Shown here in pieces: positions 1-8,513 of a stretch of 64,000 nt of DNA. The translations under genes and the position numbers were made by a program. Position 1 is the first letter of the stretch, and every line of letters starts with the position of its first letter. The notes under the pieces are model-generated. The model was not told where the DNA came from. It was given only the letters and a program-made list of their open reading frames with translations, and did no database searches. Source of the DNA: Spirochaetaceae bacterium (GTDB lineage: Bacteria > Spirochaetota > Spirochaetia > CADAEX01); contig WQZP01000012.1 in assembly GCA_009780675.1 (NCBI GenBank), positions 3,769-67,768 of the forward strand. Direction: 5' to 3'.

Positions 1-175
1 AGCACATGTTGCAAGCGGAAGCTATATAAAAAAAGTTTTTGAAAGCAGAAAAAATCTTCCAATTTTTATTTGGCATAATAGATATGAAAAAAATAACAGA
101 TCCAGTTTTAAAGAAGATGATGTTTTTTTCAATTATAATAAAAATGTTCCCCACGAAGAAAAGTTTGATCCTTCA

Positions 176-1183
176 ATGGCAGAAAAATTTTTAAATGTTG
201 CCAAAATCCCCAAAGATAAATCTCTTGACCTTTTAGGGACCGATAGTACTTTTGGGGCCATAGCGCTCAGAAATATTTTTACGTTACTTGAGTTGCTGTA
301 TGAAGAAACAACGCTTCCAATTAGCAAAAAATGCGCCCCTGGTGAAAAATTAGCAACTCTTATAAATAACTTCATAAATTCAAATATTGAAATTAAAGAT
401 GCAGATAGCGCTGTTTTAAATCTTTTTGAATACATTGGAATTTTTCTTTCAAAGCTAAGTAAAAAAAATGATCAAGGAATAAATGTTTATAATCTCCTTT
501 CTGATAAAGAAAGAAATAACATAAAAGAATGTTTTGAAAAAATAAAAAATGATAAATTACTTGGAAAGCTAAGAAAAGCCATTACAGTTGTTGGAGATTC
601 ACTTCAATATCTTGAAAACTCATCGCGTCAGTTCTATGTAGACCTTTCTCCGGATAAATTCAATTCTGTGGCAAGAGAAGTTTCTGCTGTTCTTACAGAT
701 ATTGAAAAAAGTAATCACACAGGAGAACAAAAACATATTGCAAGTGTGATCCTGTTTTACTTTGCCCTCTTTTTTCTTATTAAGAAAAAAGAGTATCACA
801 GCGCTATGGTAAAATTTCTTTCAACAAGAAAAGATAAAAACGGGAAACTTATAAGAGACAGAAATCTGCAAATAAAAATGATCATAGAGAAAAATAAAGA
901 ATACCGGACTAAGTATCTTGGACTTGTAAAACATATGCACGCTCCTTTAATGGAAGAATTAAAAAATATTTCAACTAAATTATCTCTAAGAAAAATAATT
1001 TTTACTTCAGACAAAAATGGAAAAGAAGAAGTTATTGGTAGCGCTTATGCAAAACTTTTGGGAAATTATCTCCATGATTCGCTGAACAGCGGGCTAAGTA
1101 TTATTGTGGGGTTTCCTTATAGAACTGCTTCTATAAATTTTCAAAAATCAGCAGGACTTATACTTGGATTACTTAACAATTAA
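176..1183 (+). CDS. hypothetical protein with no recognisable motif; may continue upstream of the window
   Basis: Long ORF with AT-rich codon usage typical of the window. No signal peptide or known motif. Confidence 0.35.
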   Translation: MAEKFLNVAKIPKDKSLDLLGTDSTFGAIALRNIFTLLELLYEETTLPISKKCAPGEKLATLINNFINSNIEIKDADSAVLNLFEYIGIFLSKLSKKNDQGINVYNLLSDKERNNIKECFEKIKNDKLLGKLRKAITVVGDSLQYLENSSRQFYVDLSPDKFNSVAREVSAVLTDIEKSNHTGEQKHIASVILFYFALFFLIKKKEYHSAMVKFLSTRKDKNGKLIRDRNLQIKMIIEKNKEYRTKYLGLVKHMHAPLMEELKNISTKLSLRKIIFTSDKNGKEEVIGSAYAKLLGNYLHDSLNSGLSIIVGFPYRTASINFQKSAGLILGLLNN

Positions 1184-1211
1184 AATGATATTTGAAAAGG
1201 GAGGATTCCTA

Positions 1212-1799
1212 ATGTATCCTCTCTTGATTTTTTCAATACTTGCTGTTGCTGTGATTGCAGAGAAAATCGCAGACCTATATAAAATTGCAATTAACAGAAA
1301 TACTTTTAATAAAATAGTGCACTTGTCCAGAGAGAAGAACAAAAAAGATCTGTTACTATATCTTGATACTAAAATAGCAAAAAATAAAATATACAATAAC
1401 TCCATTGAATTAATAAAAAAAGCAGCAGAGCAAGGCGCAGGTTTTAAAAAAGAATGTGATGTTGAAATTTCTTTATTAATAACAAAAATTTCTGAAAGAA
1501 TACATCTTCTTGATCTTGTTGGGAGAATTTCTCCAATGATTGGGCTTACAGGAACTGTTATAGGGCTTGCGAGAATTTTTCAAAGTGTATCTGCTTCCGG
1601 AAGAACAGGAGACCCTGCAGTGCTTGCTGGCGGTATATGGGAAGTGATGATCACTACGATTGCAGGGCTTTTAATAGCTATTACTTCAATAGTTGCAGCT
1701 CATGCAATCCGGAGTAGTTTTAAAAAATATATTGAGCGACTCAAATTTTGCTGCAGTGCTGTTTTATTTGAATCTGTCATCGCGGATGATCCAAAATGA
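1212..1799 (+). CDS. exbB: MotA/TolQ/ExbB family proton-channel protein
   Basis: Likely start is the ATG at 1212, 5-8 nt after AAGGGAGG. Three TM-like stretches. The C-terminal half (GLTGTVIGL.., AGGIWEVMITTIAGLLIAI) matches the ExbB/TolQ family. The stop overlaps the next start (ATGA). Confidence 0.8.
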   Translation: MYPLLIFSILAVAVIAEKIADLYKIAINRNTFNKIVHLSREKNKKDLLLYLDTKIAKNKIYNNSIELIKKAAEQGAGFKKECDVEISLLITKISERIHLLDLVGRISPMIGLTGTVIGLARIFQSVSASGRTGDPAVLAGGIWEVMITTIAGLLIAITSIVAAHAIRSSFKKYIERLKFCCSAVLFESVIADDPK

Positions 1800-2242
1800 A
1801 AGAAGTAAAAGAAAACCAAATATCTGATAAGGATATTTATTTTGAAAAATTATCAGAAGATTCTTTTCCTGACCTTACCCCGCTTATTGATGTAGTTTTT
1901 ATGCTGATAATATTTTTTCTTCTTACACCAACTTTGATGGGAGAAAGAAGTTTGTCCATAAATCTTCCAGCATCATCTGCAGGGGAAATATTGCAGGCAG
2001 AAAATATAGTAATTGAAATCGATAAAGAAAATAATATTTTTTTTCAAAATACTAAAACAGATTTTGGACAAATAGAAATTATTTTAAGAGATATAATAGC
2101 AACAGCCAACAACCCTCTTCCGGAAATAATCATAAGAAGTGATGAGGAGTGTAGCTTTGGAACAGTTGTCCGGTTAATGGAGATAATACAAAATAGCGGG
2201 TATGATGCAATATCATTTGCTGTAAGGGACAAGTCGTTATAA
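1796..2242 (+). CDS. exbD: ExbD/TolR biopolymer transport protein
   Basis: One N-terminal TM (DLTPLIDVVFMLIIFFLL) followed by a periplasmic domain. Translationally coupled to exbB. Confidence 0.8.
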   Translation: MKEVKENQISDKDIYFEKLSEDSFPDLTPLIDVVFMLIIFFLLTPTLMGERSLSINLPASSAGEILQAENIVIEIDKENNIFFQNTKTDFGQIEIILRDIIATANNPLPEIIIRSDEECSFGTVVRLMEIIQNSGYDAISFAVRDKSL

Positions 2243-2429
2243 GACGCTATATTTTGCTGTTAAAGTATTCCTTGTGTTATGCAATCATAAAAATTGTTAC
2301 ACAGCCACCGCCATGGACAGCGGTGGTTTTTATCTTTATTATTTTAAATCATTTCCCAAAAATATTAGAAAAAGAAACTCCTGCCATAATACAACATTGA
2401 TTTGACAGTTTGTCCGGGTATAAGCGTAA

Positions 2430-3848
2430 TTACCTAGCTCTGATTGAAAAATCTCTCCACACATTCGCTCCTTGATACGCACTTACAGAATCTGCTGGGA
2501 CAATCAGCGTAACATCACTTCTTTCTACACGGTCAAATACATTGGCTTGAATTGCCTGAGGTCTGGCTGCCATATTGGTTATTTCAACCAAATTTGTACA
2601 CCGCCAAAAAACATTGGTTCCAATGGCATTTACCCGGCTGCCTATGACCACATATTCCAGACTCGCAACTCCACTGAACAGACTATTCGGTATACGCCTT
2701 ACATTTTCACCAAAAACAACCCTTTCCAGAACCGGGCAGTCGGCAAAATGGTTGTTTGCGCCACCAACATCCGCAGCATTGCGGGCATTAAAATAAACTG
2801 TCTGCAGGCGGGAAGAACGTCTGAAAGCAGCTTGGCCGATGGAAGTAATATTTTCGGGAATGGTAAGGGTAGTTATACTGGTATTAAAAAATGCCTGTGG
2901 TCCTATTTCACTTAAGCCGCTGCCAAGTGTAATTGATCTTACACTAATGTTATTGTAAAATGCATTTTGTCTGATTGTATGTACAGAGTCCGGTATGACA
3001 ATTTCTGTCAAATTCCTGCATCCGGAAAAAGCATATCTGTCTATTTGAGTAACACTGTTTCCAATAGTAATAGAAGTCAAACCGGATTGTCCGATAAAAA
3101 GAGCAGAAGGAATACGTTGAACATTATTTCCAAAAATAACCGTTCTTAGAGCATTCAGTCCACTAAACGGATGAAGCACGCCAAATGCAGGATCAAAACC
3201 GCTCATGTTTTCTGCATTAAAATAAATAGTCGTTAAATTGCCTGAGTCTGAAAAAACATTTGCCCCCATAGAAGATATACCTTCAGGGATAGTGACCACT
3301 GTTAAACCGTTGTTTCGAAATGCTCCGTTAGGCAGTTCGGTGATTCCCCTGCCAATATGTAAGGAAGTTAACTGCACACAATTTTCAAATGCGGCGGGAC
3401 CCAAAGTTCTTACAGTATCAGGAATAACAAGGTTTGTTAAACCGCTTCTGGTAAACGCAAAAGAACCTATTGCAATAACGCTGGCCGGAATATCGACAGA
3501 ACTTAATCTGGAACACTGGGCAAAAGCATAATTGCCAATATGAGTTACGGTATTTCCTATACTTACCGATGTCATGGCAGAATGACCAAAGAATGCATAT
3601 CCACCAATATTTGTAACACCGTTTTCAATTACAACTCTATTTATACTGCCAACATGGCTCTGCCAAGGGCGGTTGCTTGTTGAACCCCAATCATCAGGCA
3701 TCTGACCATTGCCGGAAATTGTTAATATGCCATTTGAAAATGTCCAACCAAGGGAAGTCCCAAAAGACCCTTGAGTTTGGGAATTTGCCGAGATTACGAT
3801 TAAGCAAAATATAGCTAATGTCAAAATAATACATTTATTATTTTTCAT
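2430..3848 (-). CDS. secreted BspA-type leucine-rich-repeat surface protein
   Basis: N-terminal signal peptide (MKNNKCIILTLAIFCLIVISANSQ). Repeated ~23-aa units (IGxYAFxxCxxLTSVxIPxSVTxIG) typical of LRR_5/BspA proteins. Confidence 0.75.
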   Translation of the reverse strand: MKNNKCIILTLAIFCLIVISANSQTQGSFGTSLGWTFSNGILTISGNGQMPDDWGSTSNRPWQSHVGSINRVVIENGVTNIGGYAFFGHSAMTSVSIGNTVTHIGNYAFAQCSRLSSVDIPASVIAIGSFAFTRSGLTNLVIPDTVRTLGPAAFENCVQLTSLHIGRGITELPNGAFRNNGLTVVTIPEGISSMGANVFSDSGNLTTIYFNAENMSGFDPAFGVLHPFSGLNALRTVIFGNNVQRIPSALFIGQSGLTSITIGNSVTQIDRYAFSGCRNLTEIVIPDSVHTIRQNAFYNNISVRSITLGSGLSEIGPQAFFNTSITTLTIPENITSIGQAAFRRSSRLQTVYFNARNAADVGGANNHFADCPVLERVVFGENVRRIPNSLFSGVASLEYVVIGSRVNAIGTNVFWRCTNLVEITNMAARPQAIQANVFDRVERSDVTLIVPADSVSAYQGANVWRDFSIRAR

Positions 3849-3901
3849 ATTGCACTCCTTTAGCTTATTATATATTTTTCTTGATTTCTGTCAATAAATC
3901 A

Positions 3902-4112
3902 CAATGGCTCACGTTAAATCAAACCATGAGAGGAGAAAAATCTCAAGTACCGGAAATAATCATAAAAAATGATGAGGAGTGTAGCTTTGGAACAGTTGTC
4001 CGGTTAATGGAGATAATCCAAAATAGCGGGTATGATGCAATATCATTTGCTGTAAGGGAAAAATCGTTATAAGATGCTATATTTTACTGTTAAAGTATTC
4101 CTTTGTTACTTG
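3902..4112. repeat. 48-bp leader (3902-3949) followed by a duplicated copy of the exbD 3' end and downstream sequence
   Basis: 3950-4112 is a near-identical direct repeat of 2119-2280 (the last ~40 codons of exbD plus ~40 bp downstream), with a few mismatches. ORF 3881-4072 translates to the ExbD C-terminus. Confidence 0.85.
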
Positions 4113-4295
4113 AAGCTGTTTATGTAATATCTTATTCCACAGATTCCCTTTGATTTCACCAGTCCCTTTGGAAATTTTGGTAAATCTTGGCATCCCATCA
4201 GCATTGTCTTTTCTATAGAAATAATGGTCTGTATTTTTATATAATTCCCAGCCATCCCGCTCACAAAATCGTTTTAAATCTTTCCACGACGGCAT
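4077..4295 (-). CDS. HicA/YcfA-family toxin (mRNA interferase-like)
   Basis: 72 aa. DGWELYKNTDHYFYRK...GTGEIKGNLWNKILHKQL fits the YcfA/HicA pattern (GWxxxxxxxH...G.LxxILKQ). Overlaps the upstream gene by 22 nt. Confidence 0.55.
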   Translation of the reverse strand: MPSWKDLKRFCERDGWELYKNTDHYFYRKDNADGMPRFTKISKGTGEIKGNLWNKILHKQLQVTKEYFNSKI

Positions 4296-4696
4296 TTTAT
4301 TGAACCTTCTATCTTGTCAACATCGCCAAGAATCAGGGCTTTGAAAACATATGGAATATGAAGCTTTCTGTTACCTCTGGACCAATAAGCGAATTCATTG
4401 TAATAATCTTCTGAATATTCAAGGATAGCGCTGGCTAACCTGGATATAGCGCTTTGCATATCAGGAGCGTTCTCTACTAAGTCAATTTCATCAAGAGATA
4501 TAGTGACAGAGCCGTCATCTTCAATCAGGGTTTCAGCATGAAAAGAGTAAGCAGATAATATGTTTTCCAAAACATTCATATCGGAAAGAAACAAATAGTC
4601 TCTTGTTCTCTTGATGAATGCTGGTTTTTCTCTGATAACTGACTCAACAAGCGAACTCCACTCATTTCTTGCTGTTGTAGCGTTAATAGTATGCAT
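4274..4696 (-). CDS. putative antitoxin with a Phd/YefM-like N-terminus and HicB-like remainder
   Basis: N-terminal INATTARNEWSSLVESVIREKPAFIKRTRDYLFLSDMNV resembles the Phd/YefM antitoxin N-terminus. Operon-coupled with the HicA-like gene. Confidence 0.4.
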   Translation of the reverse strand: MHTINATTARNEWSSLVESVIREKPAFIKRTRDYLFLSDMNVLENILSAYSFHAETLIEDDGSVTISLDEIDLVENAPDMQSAISRLASAILEYSEDYYNEFAYWSRGNRKLHIPYVFKALILGDVDKIEGSIKCRRGKI

Positions 4697-4834
4697 ATCA
4701 ATTACTCCTCATCACATACTATTGCACAATATGTACACATTGTCAACAATGTCCTTTTTCAGTTTTTTTGTAGCGCGCCATGATATATTATTTTATCATG
4801 ACACAGGCCGAAGGGCTAGGTTATTTTATACTCG

Positions 4835-4975
4835 TTATCTGCTATATTGCTTTTTATTCGATAATTCTTTCATTAAATTACTTGCTGCCATAGACGATTC
4901 CAGTATATCTTTAATGTAATTATAACCTGAGTCAATATCCTCATCAAATACTTTGGAAAAAACCAATTCGAGCAT
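4835..4975 (-). pseudogene. truncated ParE/RelE-family toxin (46 aa, N-terminal half only)
   Basis: ATG at 4975 lies 2 nt after the antitoxin stop. MLELVFSKVFDEDIDSGYNYIKDILESSMAASNLMKELSNKKQYSR* matches the ParE N-terminus, then a TAA stop. No continuation in any frame. Confidence 0.5.
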
Positions 4976-4977
4976 TA

Positions 4978-5241
4978 TCAGTTTCCAATGTATTTATGAA
5001 TTTTCTTGAACACTTTTTCCTTAGAAATTGTTTCACCATTTTTAATTTGATTCATGCCTAATTGAAGGGATTTATACAATTCAATTTTTCCAACTAATTC
5101 CTCATATACTTGAATACTCATTACTGCTAGATCCCCCTGTCCATTTTTAGTAATAAATATTGGCTCTCTATTATTATGACAAAAATCTGAAATTTCTCCA
5201 TAATTATTCCGTAAGTCTGCACTTTTCCTTATAACTGGCAT
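4978..5241 (-). CDS. Phd/YefM-family antitoxin
   Basis: 87 aa. ADLRNNYGEISDFC..NREPIFITKNGQGDLAVMSIQVYEEL matches the Phd/YefM signature. Confidence 0.65.
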   Translation of the reverse strand: MPVIRKSADLRNNYGEISDFCHNNREPIFITKNGQGDLAVMSIQVYEELVGKIELYKSLQLGMNQIKNGETISKEKVFKKIHKYIGN

Positions 5242-5308
5242 TCATTACCTCCTTACTTAATTTAACAATAATAATATATCATTATTTTGATATATTATCA
5301 ATAGTTCG

Positions 5309-5489
5309 CAATGGCTCACGTTAAATCAAACCATGAGAGGAGAAAAATCTCAAGTACCGGAAATAATCATAAGAAGTGATATCTTTGCCTACAGCCGAAC
5401 CGCTCGCACTCCGCCATTCGGGTAACTGCGACACAGGAATCCATGTTTAGCAATTCCGGACATTATCTGTATTGCACGCTCCAGCTACC
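5309..5489. repeat. composite repeat: 48-bp leader + 25 bp of the exbD 3' fragment (5309-5380) fused to an orphan LRR 3'-UTR element (5381-5489)
   Basis: 5309-5380 is identical to 3902-3973. The junction ..aagtgat|atctttgcctacagcc.. is the same as at 7318-7336. 5381-5489 matches 7325-7433, including the last 8 codons (GSWSVQYR*) of an LRR gene, with no gene body. Confidence 0.85.
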
Positions 5490-5556
5490 TATTCATGCAT
5501 GGCGTTGTTATTAAAAATATTTTTATAGAAAAATTTAATAGCGCTAATAACAAGAT

Positions 5557-5685
5557 TTATGTAAGAGGCTGAGTACTCATTACAAAACTATGATGTTCCA
5601 TGATATGAAAAAGAACTTGAGCGGGTTTTGATGAAGGAAACAGTAGAGCAGAAAAAATGATATTTGTATCTGTCATTACCTTCAT
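5557..5685 (-). pseudogene. possible truncated PIN-domain toxin (42 aa)
   Basis: MKVMTDTNIIFSALLFPSSKPAQVLFHIMEHHSFVMSTQPLT* resembles a PIN N-terminus (TDTNii.sall). It ends where the repeat block begins. Confidence 0.3.
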
Positions 5686-5775
5686 TTGCGGTTTTCCCTA
5701 GAATACCTTACTTCATCAACAAGCTGTTGAATATCTTCTTCTTTAATTTTTTATATTGTTTCATTTGTCATATTG

Positions 5776-6150
5776 TCATCCAATCTCTACAACTTCACCT
5801 ATGGAAAACAACAAATTATATAATTCAATATTTTCATCAAAATCAACTAAATCAAATTCATTTTCTAAAATATTGTTTAATTTTGAGTATGTTCTTATGT
5901 AATTTTTTGGAGATAAACCCATAACTCCAATGTCAATATCTGATAATTCGGTATACTTTCCTGTTGCTAATGAACCAAAAAGGAAAATTGAAGTGCAGCC
6001 TTCTTCCTTTAAACACATAGTAGCCTTTTCAATATCCTGTCGATATTTTTCAGGAATTTCTGGTAAAGTCATAATAAATAATATATACTTATTTGTGATG
6101 GTGTCAAGTGCATTTTTCATTAATTTGGAGATTTTGGATAATTCTAGCAA
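5776..6150 (-). CDS. minimal nucleotidyltransferase (MNT), pol-beta superfamily; antitoxin-like
   Basis: IFLFGSLATGKYTELSDIDIGV contains the GS..G...D.D nucleotidyltransferase motif. Confidence 0.65.
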   Translation of the reverse strand: MLELSKISKLMKNALDTITNKYILFIMTLPEIPEKYRQDIEKATMCLKEEGCTSIFLFGSLATGKYTELSDIDIGVMGLSPKNYIRTYSKLNNILENEFDLVDFDENIELYNLLFSIGEVVEIG

Positions 6151-6387
6151 AATTTACAAAATTTTTCAGCTCAATTGCATATAACGTATTATATGCGAAC
6201 TTCGTATAATCTTCATCCGAAGATATAACGCGAAATAAAGGTTCGTGTTATATCAAAAACAAATGTAAAGGGAAAATCACACAATGTAAAGAATCTTGCA
6301 AACTTGGGCTCTGCATAATTTTTCATTTTTTTATCTTACAGCAGACCACGCGGGCTTTTGCCTACGTTACTGAGTAAGAAAAATAAA

Positions 6388-6696
6388 TTAACCTGGCGGA
6401 TTTTTAAATTTTACAGCAGGCCGTTGCAAAAATTCTAACTTGAGGGTCATATTCATGGCAGAAGCTAGCCGCTTTAATGTCTGCAAGGTGGGGTTGCCAT
6501 CGCCTGCTTCCAGTTTGCTTATATCACTTTGGGCTATACCTGTGCGTTCGGAAAGCTGCTTCTGGGTAAGTCCTGCATTTTTACGAGCATCTATAATGGC
6601 TTGGACAATCGCAAACTCTGGCTCTAATGCATCCCATTCAGCGCGAATTTCAGGGTTCTTCAATTGTTCATCAAGAAATTTTTTCCACTCGCTCAT
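6388..6696 (-). CDS. HTH XRE-family antitoxin (HigA-like)
   Basis: GLTQKQLSERTGIAQSDISKLEAG is a helix-turn-helix. Overlaps the upstream toxin gene by 4 nt. Confidence 0.7.
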   Translation of the reverse strand: MSEWKKFLDEQLKNPEIRAEWDALEPEFAIVQAIIDARKNAGLTQKQLSERTGIAQSDISKLEAGDGNPTLQTLKRLASAMNMTLKLEFLQRPAVKFKNPPG

Positions 6697-7058
6697 TTCC
6701 GACTCTCCTTTCTACTTAAATATTCTGTACGATACCTTTTTGCTCTTTCAATTTCAGATGACGGCGTCTTTTGCATTTTTTTGATAAAGCCGTGTGTTAG
6801 AATGGCTTTCCGCCCCACAATAAAGAAGTATAGAATACGGGATATATCCGCACCTACCTGCGCACGAAGCTCAAAAATACCACTATCTAGATGCTTTGAA
6901 TAAGGCTCTCTCAACTCTGAACCATTGGTTTCCAAAAAATCAACAACCCTAAGCATTTTAGCTCTCATTTTTGGAGCTAATCTCAAGATAAAGTCTTTAG
7001 CGGGTTCTGTCTCATCGGCCTTATCATAAAATTTGATTTCAAATTTTAAATCCCGCAC
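6693..7058 (-). CDS. HigB/RelE-like toxin (Gp49/DUF891-type addiction module killer)
   Basis: 121 aa. ILYFFIVGRKAILTHGFIKKMQKTPSSEIERAKRYRTEYL is typical of the HigB-like Gp49 family. Toxin-first gene order. Confidence 0.7.
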   Translation of the reverse strand: MRDLKFEIKFYDKADETEPAKDFILRLAPKMRAKMLRVVDFLETNGSELREPYSKHLDSGIFELRAQVGADISRILYFFIVGRKAILTHGFIKKMQKTPSSEIERAKRYRTEYLSRKESRK

Positions 7059-7311
7059 AATATTTTGCCTTTACCAGTGCATATACTTACAATATAGGAT
7101 ATATCCGATATTGTCAAGATGCTGTATTTATCAAACTTTTTCATGAGGAAGAAATTTACTTTTCTCATTTTTATGTTTCCCTTTGTTTCTGTATAATAGT
7201 TGCCAATAAAAGCGTTGCCGCCAGTAGCTATACTTTTATAACTGAATAAAAAGAGGTTTTGCTTCAAAAAGAGATTTTAATTACTGTTTTTGCAAAAAAT
7301 TTGAGTTTTGT

Positions 7312-7433
7312 CATAATAAGTGATATCTTTGCCTACAGCCGAACCGCCCGCACTCCGCCATTCGGGTAACTGCGACACAGAAATCCATGCGCAGCGATTC
7401 CGGACATTATCTGTATTGTACGCTCCAGCTACC
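7312..7433. repeat. GC-rich LRR 3'-UTR element, copy 2, preceded by a 'cataataagtgat' remnant of the exbD-fragment junction
   Basis: Aligns with 5368-5489 and 8421-8513. Confidence 0.8.
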
Positions 7434-8315
7434 ATTTAATGTATAAGCTCCTGCTCTACGCTCTTGATAGTTATAGAATTCAACAAATTCTTGGTTGAAA
7501 GCATTATTTTCTATCTTGATGTTTGCTCCAATAATAATGCTGGTTAATGGAGGCAACCCTAAAGCTCTAAATGCATTATCCTCGATAATAGTCACGCTAT
7601 CAGGAATAACAACGCTGGTCAGTTGATTCCAACTAAATGCACCTTTTTCGATAATAGTCACGTTGTCGGGTATAATAATGCTGGTCAGTTGATTTCCAGT
7701 AAATGCATCCTCTTCGATAATAGTCACGCTGTCTGGTATAACAACACTGGTCAATCGATTATCAGCAAATGCACCAGTCCTGATAATAGTCACGTTGTCG
7801 GGTATAATAACGCTAGTCAGCCGATTAGCAGAAAATGCATACCTCCCGATAGTAGTCACGCTGCTGGGGATAACAACGCTGGCCAATCGGTTACGGCGAA
7901 ATGCCCACTTCCCGATAATAGTCACGCTGTCAGGTATAACAACACTGGTCAATCGATTATCAGCAAATGCACCATTCCCGATAATAGTCACGCTGTCTGG
8001 TATAACAACACTGGTCAATCGATTATCAGCAAATGCACCAGTCCTGATAATAGTCACGCTGTCAGGTATAACAACACTGGTCAGTCGATTACCAAAAAAT
8101 GCATCCTTCCCGATTGCAGTAACAGGCAAGTTTTGTATTTGGGGAGGAATTCGCACATCTGTATTTCTTCCATTATATTTGGTAATTTCTATTGCAGTAC
8201 CGCCCTCAATAACCCGCACAGTAAAATTTTCTTCAGGTTCAAATTGTGGCTGGGTATATGCTAAAAATGCTGTCAACAGTATCAGAATAATTCCAAAAAT
8301 AATTTTTCTGTTCAT
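7407..8315 (-). CDS. secreted leucine-rich-repeat protein; member of a tandem paralog pair
   Basis: Signal peptide MNRKIIFGIILILLTAFLAYTQ. About 9 tandem 23-aa (69-bp) repeats NRLTSVVIPDSVTIIxxxAFxx. Confidence 0.8.
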   Translation of the reverse strand: MNRKIIFGIILILLTAFLAYTQPQFEPEENFTVRVIEGGTAIEITKYNGRNTDVRIPPQIQNLPVTAIGKDAFFGNRLTSVVIPDSVTIIRTGAFADNRLTSVVIPDSVTIIGNGAFADNRLTSVVIPDSVTIIGKWAFRRNRLASVVIPSSVTTIGRYAFSANRLTSVIIPDNVTIIRTGAFADNRLTSVVIPDSVTIIEEDAFTGNQLTSIIIPDNVTIIEKGAFSWNQLTSVVIPDSVTIIEDNAFRALGLPPLTSIIIGANIKIENNAFNQEFVEFYNYQERRAGAYTLNGSWSVQYR

Positions 8316-8420
8316 AAAACCCTCTTTATTTATTGCAATATAAATCCTTATATTTCAAAACAACGTATTGTTCATAATAAAATCCAACTGCAGTCAAATA
8401 GCTCGCGATTCGTCTTTCAG

Positions 8421-8513
8421 CACCGCCCGCACTCCGCCATTCGGGTAGCTGCGGCACAGGAATCCATGCTCAGCGATTCCGGACCCTACTTAAATTGCAC
8501 GCTCCAGCTACCA
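8421..8513. repeat. GC-rich LRR 3'-UTR element, copy 3
   Basis: accgcccgcactccgccattcgggtagctgcggcacaggaatccatgctcagcgattccgga... Conserved with the copies at 5381 and 7325. Confidence 0.8.

Noticed and set aside
1164-1211. Upstream extension of exbB to the ATG at 1164
   Set aside because: It would overlap the preceding ORF and lack a ribosome-binding site. The ATG at 1212 has a strong AAGGGAGG Shine-Dalgarno sequence.
2472-3531. Plus-strand ORFs inside the 2430-3848 LRR gene
   Set aside because: Antisense artefacts of a long minus-strand CDS with a convincing signal peptide and repeat structure.
4611-4919. Plus-strand 102-aa ORF
   Set aside because: It overlaps the antitoxin gene and the truncated parE in antisense and shows a hydrophobic low-complexity translation.
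5664-6184. Plus-strand ORFs 5664-5924 and 5930-6184
   Set aside because: They are antisense to the MNT nucleotidyltransferase gene and its truncated PIN neighbour, with low-complexity hydrophobic translations.
7046-7267. 73-aa minus-strand ORF
   Set aside because: No ribosome-binding site, odd composition, and it lies in the spacer between the HigB gene and the repeat element. Likely non-coding.
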